A DNA stretch of 59,846 bases, the filler included, from Sphacelaria rigidula (Eukaryota), in NCBI GenBank assembly GCA_964200075.2. It is 8 parts of 8 records of this genome, joined end to end, with 100 filler letters (N's around TTAATTAATTAA, not from the genome) between each part and the next. Parts side by side here need not be neighbours in the genome. Positions count along the whole stretch, not along the records: positions 44,962 to 52,354 come from CAXNAA020015125.1; positions 52,455 to 59,846 come from CAXNAA020015126.1; 6 more parts are not named here. One strand, written 5' to 3'. Under the pieces are notes generated by a model. The model made no database searches. It had not been told where the DNA came from and saw only the letters and a program-made list of their open reading frames with translations. This document shows, piece by piece, positions 47,738-59,846 of the stretch (its first letter is position 1; every line of letters begins with the position of its first letter). A program made the position numbers and the translations under genes.

Positions 47738-49689
47738 TATTGGGAACAGGTGGAGTACTGTAGATCGTTCTACTGTTGTTACTCGTGACGGCGTTTGGCG
47801 TGATTTTTCCTCTGAAGATGAAGCGAATGCTTTGCGGAATTTGTATTTGGTGGTGTTTGCTTCCGTCTCAGACGTTTCCAACCGTTTGTTTAGATGGTGA
47901 GTGCTGTTGCGAGATGTGCATCGTCTTTGGCACTGAAGAGACTCTGGTGATACAAGAACCACAACTGTACTGTATTGGCATGTAACTGATGTGCGGTAAT
48001 AATGGGTCACGAAATTGTCGCGCGAAAATTCAAGCGAAATTTTATCAGAGGTATCAACATAATTTCCCCAAGAAAGCCGCACGTAGTACTGATACAATTG
48101 GCTAGGCGATTCAGCGCCATTTCCCCCCAGGGTACAAAAGTAGCACGAGTAGTTCGAGGCTTTGCCGATTGTCACATTTCGATAAGTCTTTCGTGCTTTT
48201 CCGAGAGGGTTCCAGCGCCCTTTCCGACCTTTTCGTACGTCCACTCTGACTTTTAGCCGATCATTTCAGCCTTTTTTGGTCACTTGCCAAACCGTTCTCG
48301 TGGACTGGTCGACAAATTATTCATCCGGCCAAAAGTCGAACCGGGCGCACGAAAGTTCGAAAGAGTGGGCCATGATCCTCCCAGAGAGTACAGTGGCGAA
48401 TCTTCATGAGGTGGCATAATCCACGGAACCACGTATGCCAGCGGAAATCGGCACTGAATCATCAAACAGGCTTTTTTTGAGAGATTGCTCGTTGGACACG
48501 AGCAAGCAGCTTCATACGATTCACCCATCCCTCGCTTCCATGCCGAGCAACGACCCCGTGAAGTGAACAAGATGATATTGCCTGCACGTGTATGTCGGTC
48601 CGAGCTAAAATCAATATAATCTTCTTGACCTCCCTGTGAAACGGCGAGGCAGTCGGAGAGGCCACGGTGCCTTTGACCGGTAGCTATGCACTGGAACTAT
48701 CCATCAAAATAGAGCGTTTCGGGGGAAACAAATTCTGAGCATATTCGTAGTGCAGAATGGCAGTGTTAAAACTTCACTTCATATTGGAAGATGATATGAC
48801 GTGGCTTGACGGGGATTTTTTCGGTCGCAGTGATCAGCCGCAGGTTTTACCTACTCATGAGTACTTCGAAAACAGACGTATGGACCAAGGCGCATCGGTA
48901 CAGGGGAGTTACGATAGCGCACCCACTGCATTGTTGAAATTGCTACGATCACCACACAGTGCTGCTACTTAGAGGAGTCAAGGTACATTCCAGTGCGGTG
49001 CAGTAGAGTACAGTGCAATGCAAGCTCGAGAGTAGACTGCCGCGGCACAAATGGATCAAAGTGGGGTATTTACTGTAGCAGACACTAGCTACAGAGGAGC
49101 ATATGACTGTACAAGTAGTACGGGGCACAAGTGCATTGCAGTGGTAATTACAGTACGTCCAGGTGAAAAACAGGGCAAGCCGCAAGTACCCGACGTATCA
49201 TCATGGTGTCACTCTAAATCACGGCAGGCTTCGCTGGATTCATCAGCAGTACAGCACTGCCTCTGTGTAATTTCCCAACGTTTTTTTATTTTTATTTTGA
49301 GGAGTTAAGCAGACCATGACTCTGAAACAAATAAGTGCCCTCTACTTGAATCCAGTTGCGCACGTCAATGCACATGTTACCCCGCGGGCGCGGAGCCCTG
49401 CTGGCAGGGAACTTTTGCAACTACCTAGATGGGGTTCATTTTTTTCGCTGGCAGGTTGTCTTATTTCGCTTGCACGAGCAGTTCTACGCCCGCCGTTCGA
49501 TCGCCAACCCACAGGTATCCTCTTTTTAGGATCCCATTTTCATTAGAATATCGAATCATCTGCAAATCATAGGTTCAGCACCGAACACTCCACGTTATCC
49601 GTTGCCTTGGGAAATGCTCCATTGAGCGGGGGCGCGAAGCGCCAAAAACCTTGTAACAAATGCACCTTTTATCTTTTCCGTCGTTGAAG

Positions 49690-50460
49690 AGCCTCGGACG
49701 CAGGTGCACTTGGTTCACTTGATTTTAGAGTGCGGCGGAACGGAATCATTCCGTAGTTTACAGATGCTCTGAAATGCCAGCATTTGCTCTTACTTGATGT
49801 TAGAGAACGGCGGAACGAGGTCATTCCGTCGTTTCCGAAAGCTCAGAGAGGCGAGCGTTTGCTCTTACTTGGTTTTAGAGTACAGCGAAACGGGGTCATT
49901 TCGTTCTCTCGAGCTCCGACAAGGCAGCATTACCTGACTCCCCTTCAGGAGGATTCGGGAGCATCGCTTCCCCGGCAATGTTGTGCATGGTGTATTCCGC
50001 CTTTTTTCCTCGGCGTTGCGGTAGACCCCTATAGGCCTTTTAATCGCTCCACTTTTTTGTACGTTTTCTGTTCAAATCGTTGCCACGAGCTCTGAGACAG
50101 GTGCCCTTTTCCCACTTGCTTTTGCACGACGGCGAAACGAGGTTATTCCGTCGTGACCAGAAGCTCTTACTTTGTTTTGGAGGACAACGAAACGGGGTCA
50201 TTTCTTTCTCTCGAGCTCTGACAAAGCAGTATCACATTTCAAGGCAGCATTACATGATTCCCCTTGAGGATTCGGGAGCATCGCTTCCCCGGCAGTGTTG
50301 TGCATGGTGTATTCCGCCTTTTTTTCCTCGTCGTGGCGGTAGACCCCTACAGGCCTTTCAATCGCTCCGCCGTTTTGTACGTTTCCTGCCAGAATCGTTG
50401 CTGGAGGCTCTGAGACAGGTGTACTTTGTTCACTTGCTCTTGGATGACGGCGAACATAAG
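49690..50460. repeat. Local degenerate tandem duplication, unit of about 300 bp
   Basis: 49860-50100 is repeated at 50162-50420 (ggattcgggagcatcgcttccccggca.tgttgtgcatggtgtattccgcc). Confidence 0.85.
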
Positions 50461-51869
50461 TCGCGAGCTTTCCCAGTGTACAGAACAGAACGTCTGTGCC
50501 ATCATAACACGCAATTATCACCGGCGAAGTTTCCGATGCCACTTTTGCTGTCATTACTGATCCGCGCGCAAATCATCGTCGTCTCTTGTTGATCCTTTTT
50601 CTTCCGTGCTGTAGCAGCCGCAAAGTTTCTGATACCATTTTCCACCATTCTATCGAACAAATCCGTTTGCTGTGTTTTTGTCGAAACACTTTTCATCGTG
50701 AGCCGCGGAGTTCGGTTCGTTCCTCCACGTCGGACACTTGAGATCATGAGCCGCGAAGTTTCCGATGTCATTTTTCATCATGTCTTTCCCGAACATATTT
50801 GTCGGGTCGTTTCTCATCTTGAAAAACATTTTTTACACTGCTTTCCGCGGTCCCTACTGTTTCTTGTCCGTCGATTGTAGACATTACATGTTCTGTTTCT
50901 CAAATATATATATCCATCACGTTGCGGGTATTGCCTGCTTCATGTGATGTGGGATTGAAAATGTAGATAGTCACTGCGGTTACGGGCGTTTTTGCGGTGC
51001 AGTGATGCTGGGCGCATTGTTGCGAACACTGGCGTGTGTCCTTGAGTGATTGGGCGGCGCAAGAATATCTTGTCTAATAATACGAGTGTCCCCGGGTGTG
51101 CGGTCGTCGACGGTGTACGATGTTTCCTATTCGTGCTGTGTGTGGAAAACCTGAATGCGTGTCTCCGTGTGTGTCCTCCGACGGTGGAGTTCGTCGTGGC
51201 CCGTTCCTGCAGGTGCAAGTATACAACAGTAAACCTCTTGTTCATATCTTGCTCCCGGGTCATCTGTCACCATACGAGCTGGGCCAGCCTAGAGGCGGAT
51301 TTGTAGTTTGCACGCCCATTCGTCGGCCCATATTTTACTGTTCCCTGAAAACTGATAATTGCCCTTTATTCAATAGAAGAAAAAAATCTTAGGATGCATG
51401 CGTATTTGTTTTCCATGTGCCCTATGCATTGTCCATACCAACTTTCAGGGGCCAACTCGAAATATTGGTCGAGGAATAGACGGTTTAGCATCGGGGACGG
51501 TGGAAATTCGGAACACTATTCTGCAGGCCACTTACCGGCCCACGTTTGGTGTTTGTGTCGTGGAATTTCGTGTGGGACCTCGCTAGGGGATAGTGAACCA
51601 CAAAATGGGTCAGATTTGTACTTACTTATTTCTCGCTGGTTCTGTAGGGCGTTTTAGTGTGGGGACGACCATATTTTTACGAGAACGTCCGAACCTATCC
51701 TCTTGAAAAAACGAAGGCCCATTTTTTGTCATTCGGCATACCTCTGTGGTCGTTCATGCTAACTTTCAAATCACAAATCTTAAATTTGAGCTAAACAATT
51801 GAGATGAGGCCGGCTAGCGGTGTTTATATCTCCTCAAAACTGCCCCCAAAACCCCCAAAAAGTGAAAGA

Positions 51870-52290
51870 AATACATGAAGGAGCTGTTTTTTTAGCTTTA
51901 TTATACACTAGCGCCTCTCCGTATGAGATTTCATAGCACAACTCTCGAAAACTGAAGCGCGATATCGATTTTAGTATCGAGCCTTATGTGCGCTGCCATA
52001 TCTCGAGATAAATGGCGAATTAGCTGAACATGAGGATATCTATCGTTTCCCAGTGCTCCAGAGAACGTCCAGACTGAAAATCGTTGCCATCCGCTGATGG
52101 CATCGATCGGGGTTTCATATGAGTTTTAGTCGATGAGATATTGCTTTAAGAGCCTAAATCCGTTTTTAGGCTGGCCCAGCTCGTACGCACACAGCGGAAA
52201 ATACTTGACGTGAAACTATGACCTGTGCCGTTACGCAATGCTAGCTACGATGACCGGTTTTCATGTACCTTGGCTGTCGATCTCATTGAA
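51870..52290 (-). mobile_element. Inverted copy of the Helentron/HINE-like repeat
   Basis: Reverse complement of 58180-58635, with a small deletion. Confidence 0.7.
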
Positions 52291-53149
52291 ACAGCCGATC
52301 ATCTATGTTGAGGATGGAGATTTTCATTGAGGATGAGAACCCGGAGGATTAAAANNNNNNNNNNNNNNNNNNNNNNNNNNNNNNNNNNNNNNNNNNNNTT
52401 AATTAATTAANNNNNNNNNNNNNNNNNNNNNNNNNNNNNNNNNNNNNNNNNNNNGGTTCTCATCCTCAATGAAAAGCACCATCCTCAACATAGATGATCG
52501 GCTGTTTTTACGTGAAGATTTTGCCTCCCCGAACTGGGCACTTTTGGGGGGGGCTATCGTAGAAAGTGTCCGTCGATGGTGTAATTTCAGTTAATTCCAT
52601 GTCGATTACAGACTGCCTACGTTGAATGATGAAAACATGTATAATACCAATAATAGAAAGTTGCTTGATCGCCGACGCCATTCGTCAATGGAAACCCGTA
52701 CCACGCCATCCAATTTCGTGGGACTTTATTATAGTAAAAATCACGACATATACCTGCATATACATATTGTCATGAGCCTCACGGCCAGCTATCTTGACAA
52801 CCTGGACGCTCGTCTAGAGAAGCAAGGGGGAAGAAGCAGCCTAACGCGGCTGTTGCTTGTAGCAAGGAAGGGTGAGGCCGGCGTTGGCCCTGACGCTGTC
52901 GTCCAGTATCATGAGCGGGTAGGTGGTGACGGTGGTACAACTTGTGCAAATGATCACGTTCTGACCAGGCAGCTGTATGTAGTAGGCAGGCAGAAGGCAG
53001 ATGCGCTCGGCGCAGGTCCGGACACTGCGTACCCATGGCCACCCCACCCGACACACAAGAATATGCGTCAACAAGTATTACCACCATACTAGAGATGAGA
53101 GGACTGTATCCCGATTGCATACATGACTGATTAATTGAATATACAGAGA

Positions 53150-54430
53150 TGCTGCAGTTTACTGCAATGTGGGCGACAGTAGATCGTGTAGTGCTCGCCA
53201 TCCACGTTCCTCGAACACAACGAGCGATGGCATTCTCGTTTTTCCTTCGCTCCTTGGCGCTTGAAATCTGCCCAAGAGTGATACAGTCTGCGCCTTCTGC
53301 AACCACCGTGAAGATGAGTCAATTCTGTGCTGTACAACGCTAATAGGAAGCTCCCTGTGTCGTCCCTCGATCCAAAGATACGTCACCTTGTGAACGACGA
53401 GATCGATTGCTACAAATCCAGAACAATTATTTGACATGCGCTCAACAAACGTATTCACGTATTACATAGGATAGGTATTTGAGGAGATCCTTTCGGAGCA
53501 GCACGCGTCGCCGATCACCGGCGTTTTGATCGTGCAAAAGGAAAGCGTGATTCACATGGTAGAAACTTCGATGGACACGTCAACCACCTTCTTGAGGCAG
53601 ATTCAGAGCATGGAGGCGGGGCTCGAAGCGTCCGCGAGGATAATGGAAAATGTGAGCAAATTGAATGCAACGCTGCCACCACAGACGTCATTTCGGTTAA
53701 ACCGTGAAATTGCTTTCGAAACGATAAGCCTCAGTGTGCTCGACGGTGGTGTGATTTCCATTGTACGCGTGTGATCCACAGCTTGTGTGCGACAGTGTAT
53801 TCGGTAAAGACCACTCAAACTAGATGTTGGAGCCGCACGCCGTAAATCTTGTCTACCGAGATATACCCGAATGCAGCATACAGTATACTCGCTGTCTTAT
53901 TCAACAAGTGGATGCGTCCTGCACTGCAGTATCCAACATTATTTGTCGATCACATCACTTTTTCGCATTCATCATGTCTTGCTTGAATGGAACAGATCAA
54001 GATACTAGTGTCGAGTGAGGATTGTCCTGCGCCGTACTTCACCAAGTGGTTTCACTACAACATGCAACTTAACCCTGAGACGGGGGTGGACATTGATAAC
54101 GAGGATCCGATCGAGGCTTCGTGGGGAGTACACGAGTGAGTACGTTCGTTCGCACATTGGAGTCATGAGTTCGGACATTGTATATTCCAACGATTGAAAA
54201 GGAAGCGGTATTAGTGGGCGGTAATCTGCTCATCTCCCGGACTCTATTTCCATGACCTTGCTAGATTGTTTCTTATCTGGATTTGTTCAAAAGTGTGTAT
54301 TGTTCATCGATGATAGTATCATGCTGCCGAGATTTCCGACAGGTAGGCACCCAATGAAGCAGCCCAAGACTGTATTGAATCAACACAAAAGGTATAGCCG
54401 AACTATATTTCTGAAAGTGCGGGGGGGTAT
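53150..54430 (+). pseudogene. Probable decayed hAT-type transposase
   Basis: PHAVNLVYRDI...AVSNII..SH resembles the hAT CxxHxLxL..DI motif, followed by a degenerate TRF/TRW-like segment. Many stops and frameshifts; assigned by eye. Confidence 0.4.
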
Positions 54431-54565
54431 AGAATAGCATGCAGTAGCACAATTGTTGCACCCAGCTGGTCATCTCGTCGCACGGCTATATAATATATAT
54501 ATATATATCCTCCTTATTCGCGCTGTTTGTCGTTCTGCTGTGCAACCGTTGTTGGAAACGTGAAG

Positions 54566-54710
54566 CAAACTGGTCGAACTATCCTCCGAGATGCGTCAGC
54601 ACTCCGGCGCTTCTGTTTCGGAACTGAAACGAAAATACAACCACTTGGTTCCATCCAACGAACGGGTGCTGGGCCTAGCGGAGTCGGAGAATACCATGGA
54701 TTTGTCTGAG
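54566..54710 (+). CDS. Candidate internal exon, unknown protein
   Basis: AG at 54564-54565 and GTggga at 54711. Open frame KLVELSSEMRQHSGASVSELKRKYNHLVPSNERVLGLAESENTMDLSE; no family recognised. Confidence 0.4.
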
Positions 54711-54929
54711 GTGGGACAAGAACTGGGCGATATCGTGTGCGTGCCGGGGGGGGGGGGGGGGGGGGGGGAGTCGCTTTTTTTTCTTGTCGTGGTTCTGGCG
54801 CCTTAACCTTCACCCCCCCCCCCTGTGGGGAGGGGGCCCCNNNNNNNNNNAAAAAAAGATGCTGTACGGTTTGTCTTTGGGTGGGGGTGTGGGGTGTTTT
54901 ACAACAGGAAGATGCCAAAACGAAACCCA

Positions 54930-55352
54930 GGGGGGGGGGGGGGGGGGGGGGGGGGGGTGGGGGGGGGGGGGGGGGGGCGTACTCATTTGTTGCTTGCCTT
55001 AGTTCAGTCGCTTGACCATTGACCACACACCCGTTTCGAGACGGAGCACCGTTCCAACTCCGAGTACAGACACCTTGAACATTCCGGCGCTCATTACCTT
55101 TCTTTCATACATTGCACAAAAACCTTCTACATATCTTATCCCCGTCCTGTTTCGCCATCTGTGGCCATCATTTATATTCTAGTATACCCATCATTTCCTC
55201 GCTACTGTCTTATGCATCAAACGATTACATGCCGCCTTCGTTCATGTCCCACATTTCCCCCTCTAGCACGTCCCGTTCCTCCTTGTATAGTTCACATTCT
55301 GCAACTACATGACTCCTGCTTTCTATTGCTTTGCCACAGAGATAGTTCTGTG
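54930..55352 (-). mobile_element. 3' fragment of the C-tract-ending LINE abutting a ~48-nt G-tract
   Basis: Similar to 30302-30470 plus 31009-31240. Confidence 0.85.
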
Positions 55353-56476
55353 CATATGTGCATGTGTGTGTGTGGGGGGGGGGTCATACACAAACAAGAA
55401 CGCTTCTGAAAGCCTGCTGCGAATATAAGTCAAGCTGACAGTGCAGAGTTGACGTCGAACCACCCCTCAATATGCATCATACTTCGTCATGACCCCACAT
55501 CAACTCTCATCGACGAACTTTGCTCATCTGTGAACCTTCCTGCCTCTGTTCGATGTCGTCCGCTTCGGGGACATGTTTCCTCGCAGTACCTGAGGGTTTT
55601 CGACACGCCCATCTCAGCTACCTTGGAATCAGAGCGCGTGTGGCCGATTCCTTCCGTGATACGCTACTGAGCGAGCCAAGATATAGAAAGGTCTAGGTTT
55701 GACGTCTACAACATGACCAGATGACGGTGCTTCGTATTGGTTGTGGCGTCGCCGGAGTCCATGTTGTTGCGTCTGTTGCTGATTTCCGTCCCGACAGAGA
55801 GCACATGCCCGTCCTCTGGCCGACTTCGTGGACTCATCAGCAGCTGCATGTGCAGGCGTGCCAGCGCTGATGATATCAAAGGCTTCCAGTGCGTGCCTAG
55901 GGGCCCCTGCACTACTTTGTCGAAAATTCGGCCGAGAAGAGGTATCTTGGCACAAGTGATCTGATTCTCAACAAACTAGGGCGACGTCATGCAACAACAC
56001 CAGATCGGGCGCAGATTTATCTAACGGTGCTTCGATAAACAGATCAGACTTTATCCTAGCACAAGTGAGTACATACACGCTGGCCATATAAAAGTTGTAA
56101 CCATGAAACCAAGACCTTAAACGTGCACGCAAGGTGCAACGCGCGCGCGAACGCGCTCTATTCCCCACGGTATGTGTACATGTCCCACCCGAGCTCCCTC
56201 CTGATACCTGGGAACACGAAACGGCGGACGTGCGTGGGAAGACGGGTAGCAGAACCGCAGGGGACCATATTCTTGGGTGTTTAGTTGTTCTGATCCGGCC
56301 ATTGCTGCACAACTTGCCCTGGGCGTACTTGCCTCTTATGAAGTCCACTGTATTCCCCGAAATTGCAAGGCATGAACAAAAAATTGAGGGAGTAAGGCCG
56401 TGTCCTGAGCAAGACCTTAGACTTAATTTGCAGAAAAATATCACGCACAATCCGCGAAACAGCTACAATAACATTC

Positions 56477-56731
56477 CACGGTTCGGACAAATCATCGCCC
56501 GTTCGAATCACCAAATCCACGATTTCTTAGGCCTGATTGATCGAAAGAGGGGAAAAAAGTCGACCGCTGGTCAACCAAGTCTCCACGCAACTTTTGCGTC
56601 ATTTCACGTGCCTGGGCTGCGCGTACCTGGATCGCAACGCTGAAAAAGCGTAAGGATTGATCCGTCCCGTACGAGGCAATCACACTCGAATCAAGTGATT
56701 TCCGGACGAATCATTAATTCGTCCGGCCTTG
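56477..56731. mobile_element. 255-bp hAT-like MITE with a perfect 8-bp TSD (TAACATTC)
   Basis: TSD at 56469-56476 and 56732-56739; imperfect CA...TG TIRs. A related left end lies at 44780-44861. Confidence 0.88.
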
Positions 56732-57003
56732 TAACATTCGTACCACGCAAGTCTGGGGTCTCTTTTTCCTAACCCCTGATATTGAGAGATGAATTGACGG
56801 TGTCAAAGCGACGTGATGAAACATATATACCTCAGTTACTCGACTCGGTACACTCTCCAACGTTCGCCACGACGCGCAGCATGGTTCACCCTAGCCAACT
56901 GCGAAACGCAAGAGACCTCCCAGAGAGGGACAGCGAGCGAGAGGAAACATTCCTCCCTACCCCCCTTCGGAACACGCTACACGCTAACAAAAACAACGGT
57001 TAC

Positions 57004-57154
57004 CTTCTAATCGCTCCTTGATCTTGCCCTGATCCGAAACCGGTTGCTGCAGCGGGTACACGTACAGCGTATCTCGGCTGACCGAGCGATAAAGCACGAT
57101 TTGGTCCTCGGGCTTGACCAAGAACTCAACAATATCCACTCCGCCAGGAGGTAC
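57004..57154 (-). CDS. Internal exon of a DUF1499-like protein
   Basis: cAG acceptor and GTaacc donor on the minus strand. Translation [50 protein letters not shown] fits the DUF1499 C-terminal pattern DxVEF...V.YRS.SR...SDxG...RL. Confidence 0.75.
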
Positions 57155-58151
57155 CTGCTCATTTTGTGTTCGATCAGTACGGATACAATATACACCACAG
57201 CCTCCCATGACTGAGGATTTTTTTCATTTGAGAAAATGTACTAGAATTCAACAGACTCATTCTCCGTCAAGGACTCTCAGCATACGAAAATAAGCTTAGG
57301 ATTAAATTCAAGCAGCGAAGCGCCTCCTCATGATGCTGTTCTAGCTTGCCCGCTTGTTTCTACGCACAGGAAAAAGCGAAAGCCTCACATTTGTTTTAAC
57401 GACCGTCGCTCCTGAAGTGCACAGCTCACTACGACATGCATTGCCACATCTGCTGGATATATCACAAAAGACATAGCCGCCTCGCAGTACACTGCGGTGT
57501 ACTTAGTGCTCGATCATGTGTTGTTGCAGTTTGACAAGCGCTGGAGTAGTACGTGAGTTCGGGACAAAACCCCAAATAGTAGTGCATATTTCTCGCTTTA
57601 TCCTCTTGCCGATTAGAGAGGTCAATTCGTTTAGAACGCGATATCAACGAACAAGATACCAACGATAGTGGGGGCGTATTCATGATCTTACATGCCGTAG
57701 GCAGGAGACCATTCAGCTCGCATCCCTACAAAGCCGGTACGGAGCACGCCAGGTTTTTGCCGGACCGGCCTCGCAATCAATCACCAAGCGCAAAGCGCCG
57801 TGATGTGTTCGGCAAGTCGCGTGAAGGGTGAGCTGCATCCTGCTATGATTGTTCCACATCCTGGACAATACAATATGTGATGTATGTTTCCCGTTCAATA
57901 TGTCGACGCGTCGGGCGGTCAAAATGTATTGGGCGAGCAATATGATGGCACGAGAGAGGGTCAATATCTATTGTGCCATCAATGTGTCAACTCTCGCGAC
58001 ATGCAATGTATATCGACCGAACAATATATCACGACAAGCGCCACCTCAATATATATATTGGCCGAGTAACATGTTGGTGCGGTAAGGCACTAACATATAT
58101 TTGTCGAGTAATGTATTGACTGCCACACGAGGTCAATATATATATATATAT

Positions 58152-58630
58152 ACAAGGGGTTCGGCGGCTTCCGCCGCCACGCTCAATGATATCGACAGCC
58201 AAGGTACATGAGAACCGGTCATCGTTGCTCACATTGCGTAACGGTACAGGTCATAGTCTTAAGTGGAGTATTTTCCGCTGTGTGCGTACGAGCTGGGCCA
58301 GCCTAGAAACGGAATTAGGCTCTCAGAGCAATATCTCATCGACTAAAATTCATATTAAACCCCAACCGATGCAATCAGCGGATGGCAACGATTTTCAGTC
58401 TGGACATTCCCTGGAGCACTGGGAGACGATAGATATCCTCACGTTCACCGATTCCGTCATCTATCTCGAGATATGGCGCACGTAAGGCTCGATACTAAAA
58501 TCGATATATTACGAGCAGAGGCACTAGATGATGCTATAGAACTGGATATCTCGTTTCAGTTTTCGAGAGTTGTGCTATGAAATTTCATATGGAGAGCCGC
58601 TAGTGCATAATGAAGCTAAAAAAACAGCTC

Positions 58631-58635
<5 letters not shown>
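58152..58635 (-). mobile_element. Helentron/HINE-like non-autonomous repeat with terminal hairpin
   Basis: Minus strand ends ggcggc-ggaa-gccgcc, 6 nt, CTTGT. Relatives at 2582-2700, 38230-38770 and 51870-52290; (TA)n on both sides. Confidence 0.55.
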
Positions 58636-58662
<27 letters not shown>

Positions 58663-58994
58663 GGATGATTCAATACCGTGATTGTGCGAGTCATCGCACA
58701 GGTCGGAGTTCATCGCACATGCCGGAGTTATCGCAGCCCTGTGCGTTAATTTTTCAAGTTGGAAATCATTTACTTTATTTTCCTCACAGGGGTCGGAGTC
58801 GTCACACCGGGGTGCGATGACTCCGACATTGGTGCCACCTTCGAGCGTGAGGTTGCATGCTGCGGCGTGTGGCCCCAGGATTGAAAATCTGCCACAATCC
58901 GTTTGTCTCGCGGTTGCAACCGGGGCTCACCGCTGTTTGTAGCAGGTGGAAACATTTAAAACCTGTTTTTCTCTCTCGAGTTATTAAGTTTTTT

Positions 58995-59205
58995 TAACGG
59001 TCACGTTGCGTGACGTATGTCACATAAATATTCTTCAAAGTTACGTTAACGTTTCATTTGAAAAATTGACGTTACGTACATCACGGTAAAAAAATTAACG
59101 TTACGTAACGTTACATGTAACGTAATATAAAACGTTTCATGTAACGTGTAACGTCTGGTATAATGTTACGTTGACACGTGTAACGATCGAATGTAACGTT
59201 TCATT
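58995..59205. repeat. Low-complexity array of palindromic AACGTT/GTAAC/TTAC motifs
   Basis: Seen directly. Confidence 0.7.
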
Positions 59206-59846
59206 CTGTGCATGCCGCGGCTCATTTACCAGTGTTCAAGGCGTTGTAATGTGTCGTGTAACTCGTGACATCACCGTGTACGTGACGCTGACAGTGGCCC
59301 GTCGTACGTTTGAGCGTAGGCGCATTATCTGATTGTGTAGCGTTGCTTTCTCTACCGTGTATCGTTCATTCGTTCTTGATCGTATTATCTCATATCTCCT
59401 CTTTTCGTTTAATCTTTTCGTTGCCAACCTTCACTTTCAATTTTCGAATGCTAGGCCATTCGCACGACAGCACATACTGTACACGCAACAGTTCGTGGAC
59501 ATAATTGAACGCCGACTTGCGTCGTCCTGGCATTTCGCAGACAGAACTATATCGGGTCCTTGTTTTTATACATGTATACATGTATTCGCCCTTTTGGGAA
59601 CGGGCCTCCAGAACGACCAATGAGGCTGGTTAGGAACGACGTGTCTGGCGTTTGCACGAAACAGTGGAGTGTTGCTGAAAATCCGCATATGTAACCGCAG
59701 GGTTATGAGGGAGAACGAAAGTTGCATCTCATCTATTTGCAGGTGCAAGGTGCGCATTAGGTAATGTACATCTGATGTAGAAAGCAGTATCGGTCGCGGT
59801 AGAGAGCTTCCAACAGGGTGCGGCGACCGGCGGGCCGCCCGCCACT

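Noticed and set aside
52290-52506. Inverted repeat straddling the spacer
   Set aside because: It crosses an artificial join; it is the same repeat at two unrelated contig ends.
52780-53030. GC-rich exon-like segment on the minus strand
   Set aside because: The most protein-like frame has two stops and no family is recognised; at best a pseudo-exon.
53815-54015. IS982-like transposase motif on the minus strand (FGYISVDKIYGVRLQHLV)
   Set aside because: Short, interrupted by stops, and the opposite strand fits a hAT motif at least as well; likely chance.
56700-56740. Helitron-like hairpin plus CTTGT end
   Set aside because: Explained as the right TIR of a hAT MITE with a perfect 8-bp TSD.
51870-58635. 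Large composite element bounded by ~420-bp inverted repeats
   Set aside because: The two copies are on different scaffolds and the family is dispersed.
1-59846. Endogenous phaeovirus or other giant-virus insertion
   Set aside because: No long intronless ORF clusters or viral hallmark genes were seen.

Overview
Repeat-rich eukaryotic DNA, most likely a brown alga (inferred from repeat types, TTAGGG telomere-like tracts and multi-kb TE-filled introns). The window is not one locus. It is eight scaffolds of 7394, 7394, 7394, 7393, 7393, 7393, 7393 and 7392 bp, sorted by size and joined by an artificial 100-bp spacer (N44-TTAATTAATTAA-N44), so neighbours across spacers are unrelated. Host genes appear only as isolated exons: two phase-compatible exons of a cyclic-nucleotide-binding domain (226-413 and 6238-6419, 5.8-kb intron), a probable terminal exon with a C-terminal membrane anchor (33723-33869), a DUF1499-like exon (minus, 57004-57154) and one weak candidate (54566-54710). 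The rest is mostly decayed or nested mobile DNA: an RTE-like LINE, a second LINE family whose 3' ends sit on C/G tracts, two Copia and three Gypsy relics, a probable hAT transposase relic, and many MITEs (piggyBac-like, hAT-like, Ginger-like, mariner-like foldback, 4-bp-TSD ~248-bp families, Helentron-like). The most interesting observations are a LINE/SINE system that appears to target poly-C/G tracts (one insertion has a clean TSD), three ~248-bp MITEs with a shared TIR architecture, a Ginger-like MITE carrying telomeric repeats, and non-autonomous gag-protease LTR elements. No rRNA, tRNA, CRISPR array or intact autonomous element could be supported. All family assignments come from motif recognition by eye; no searches were run.
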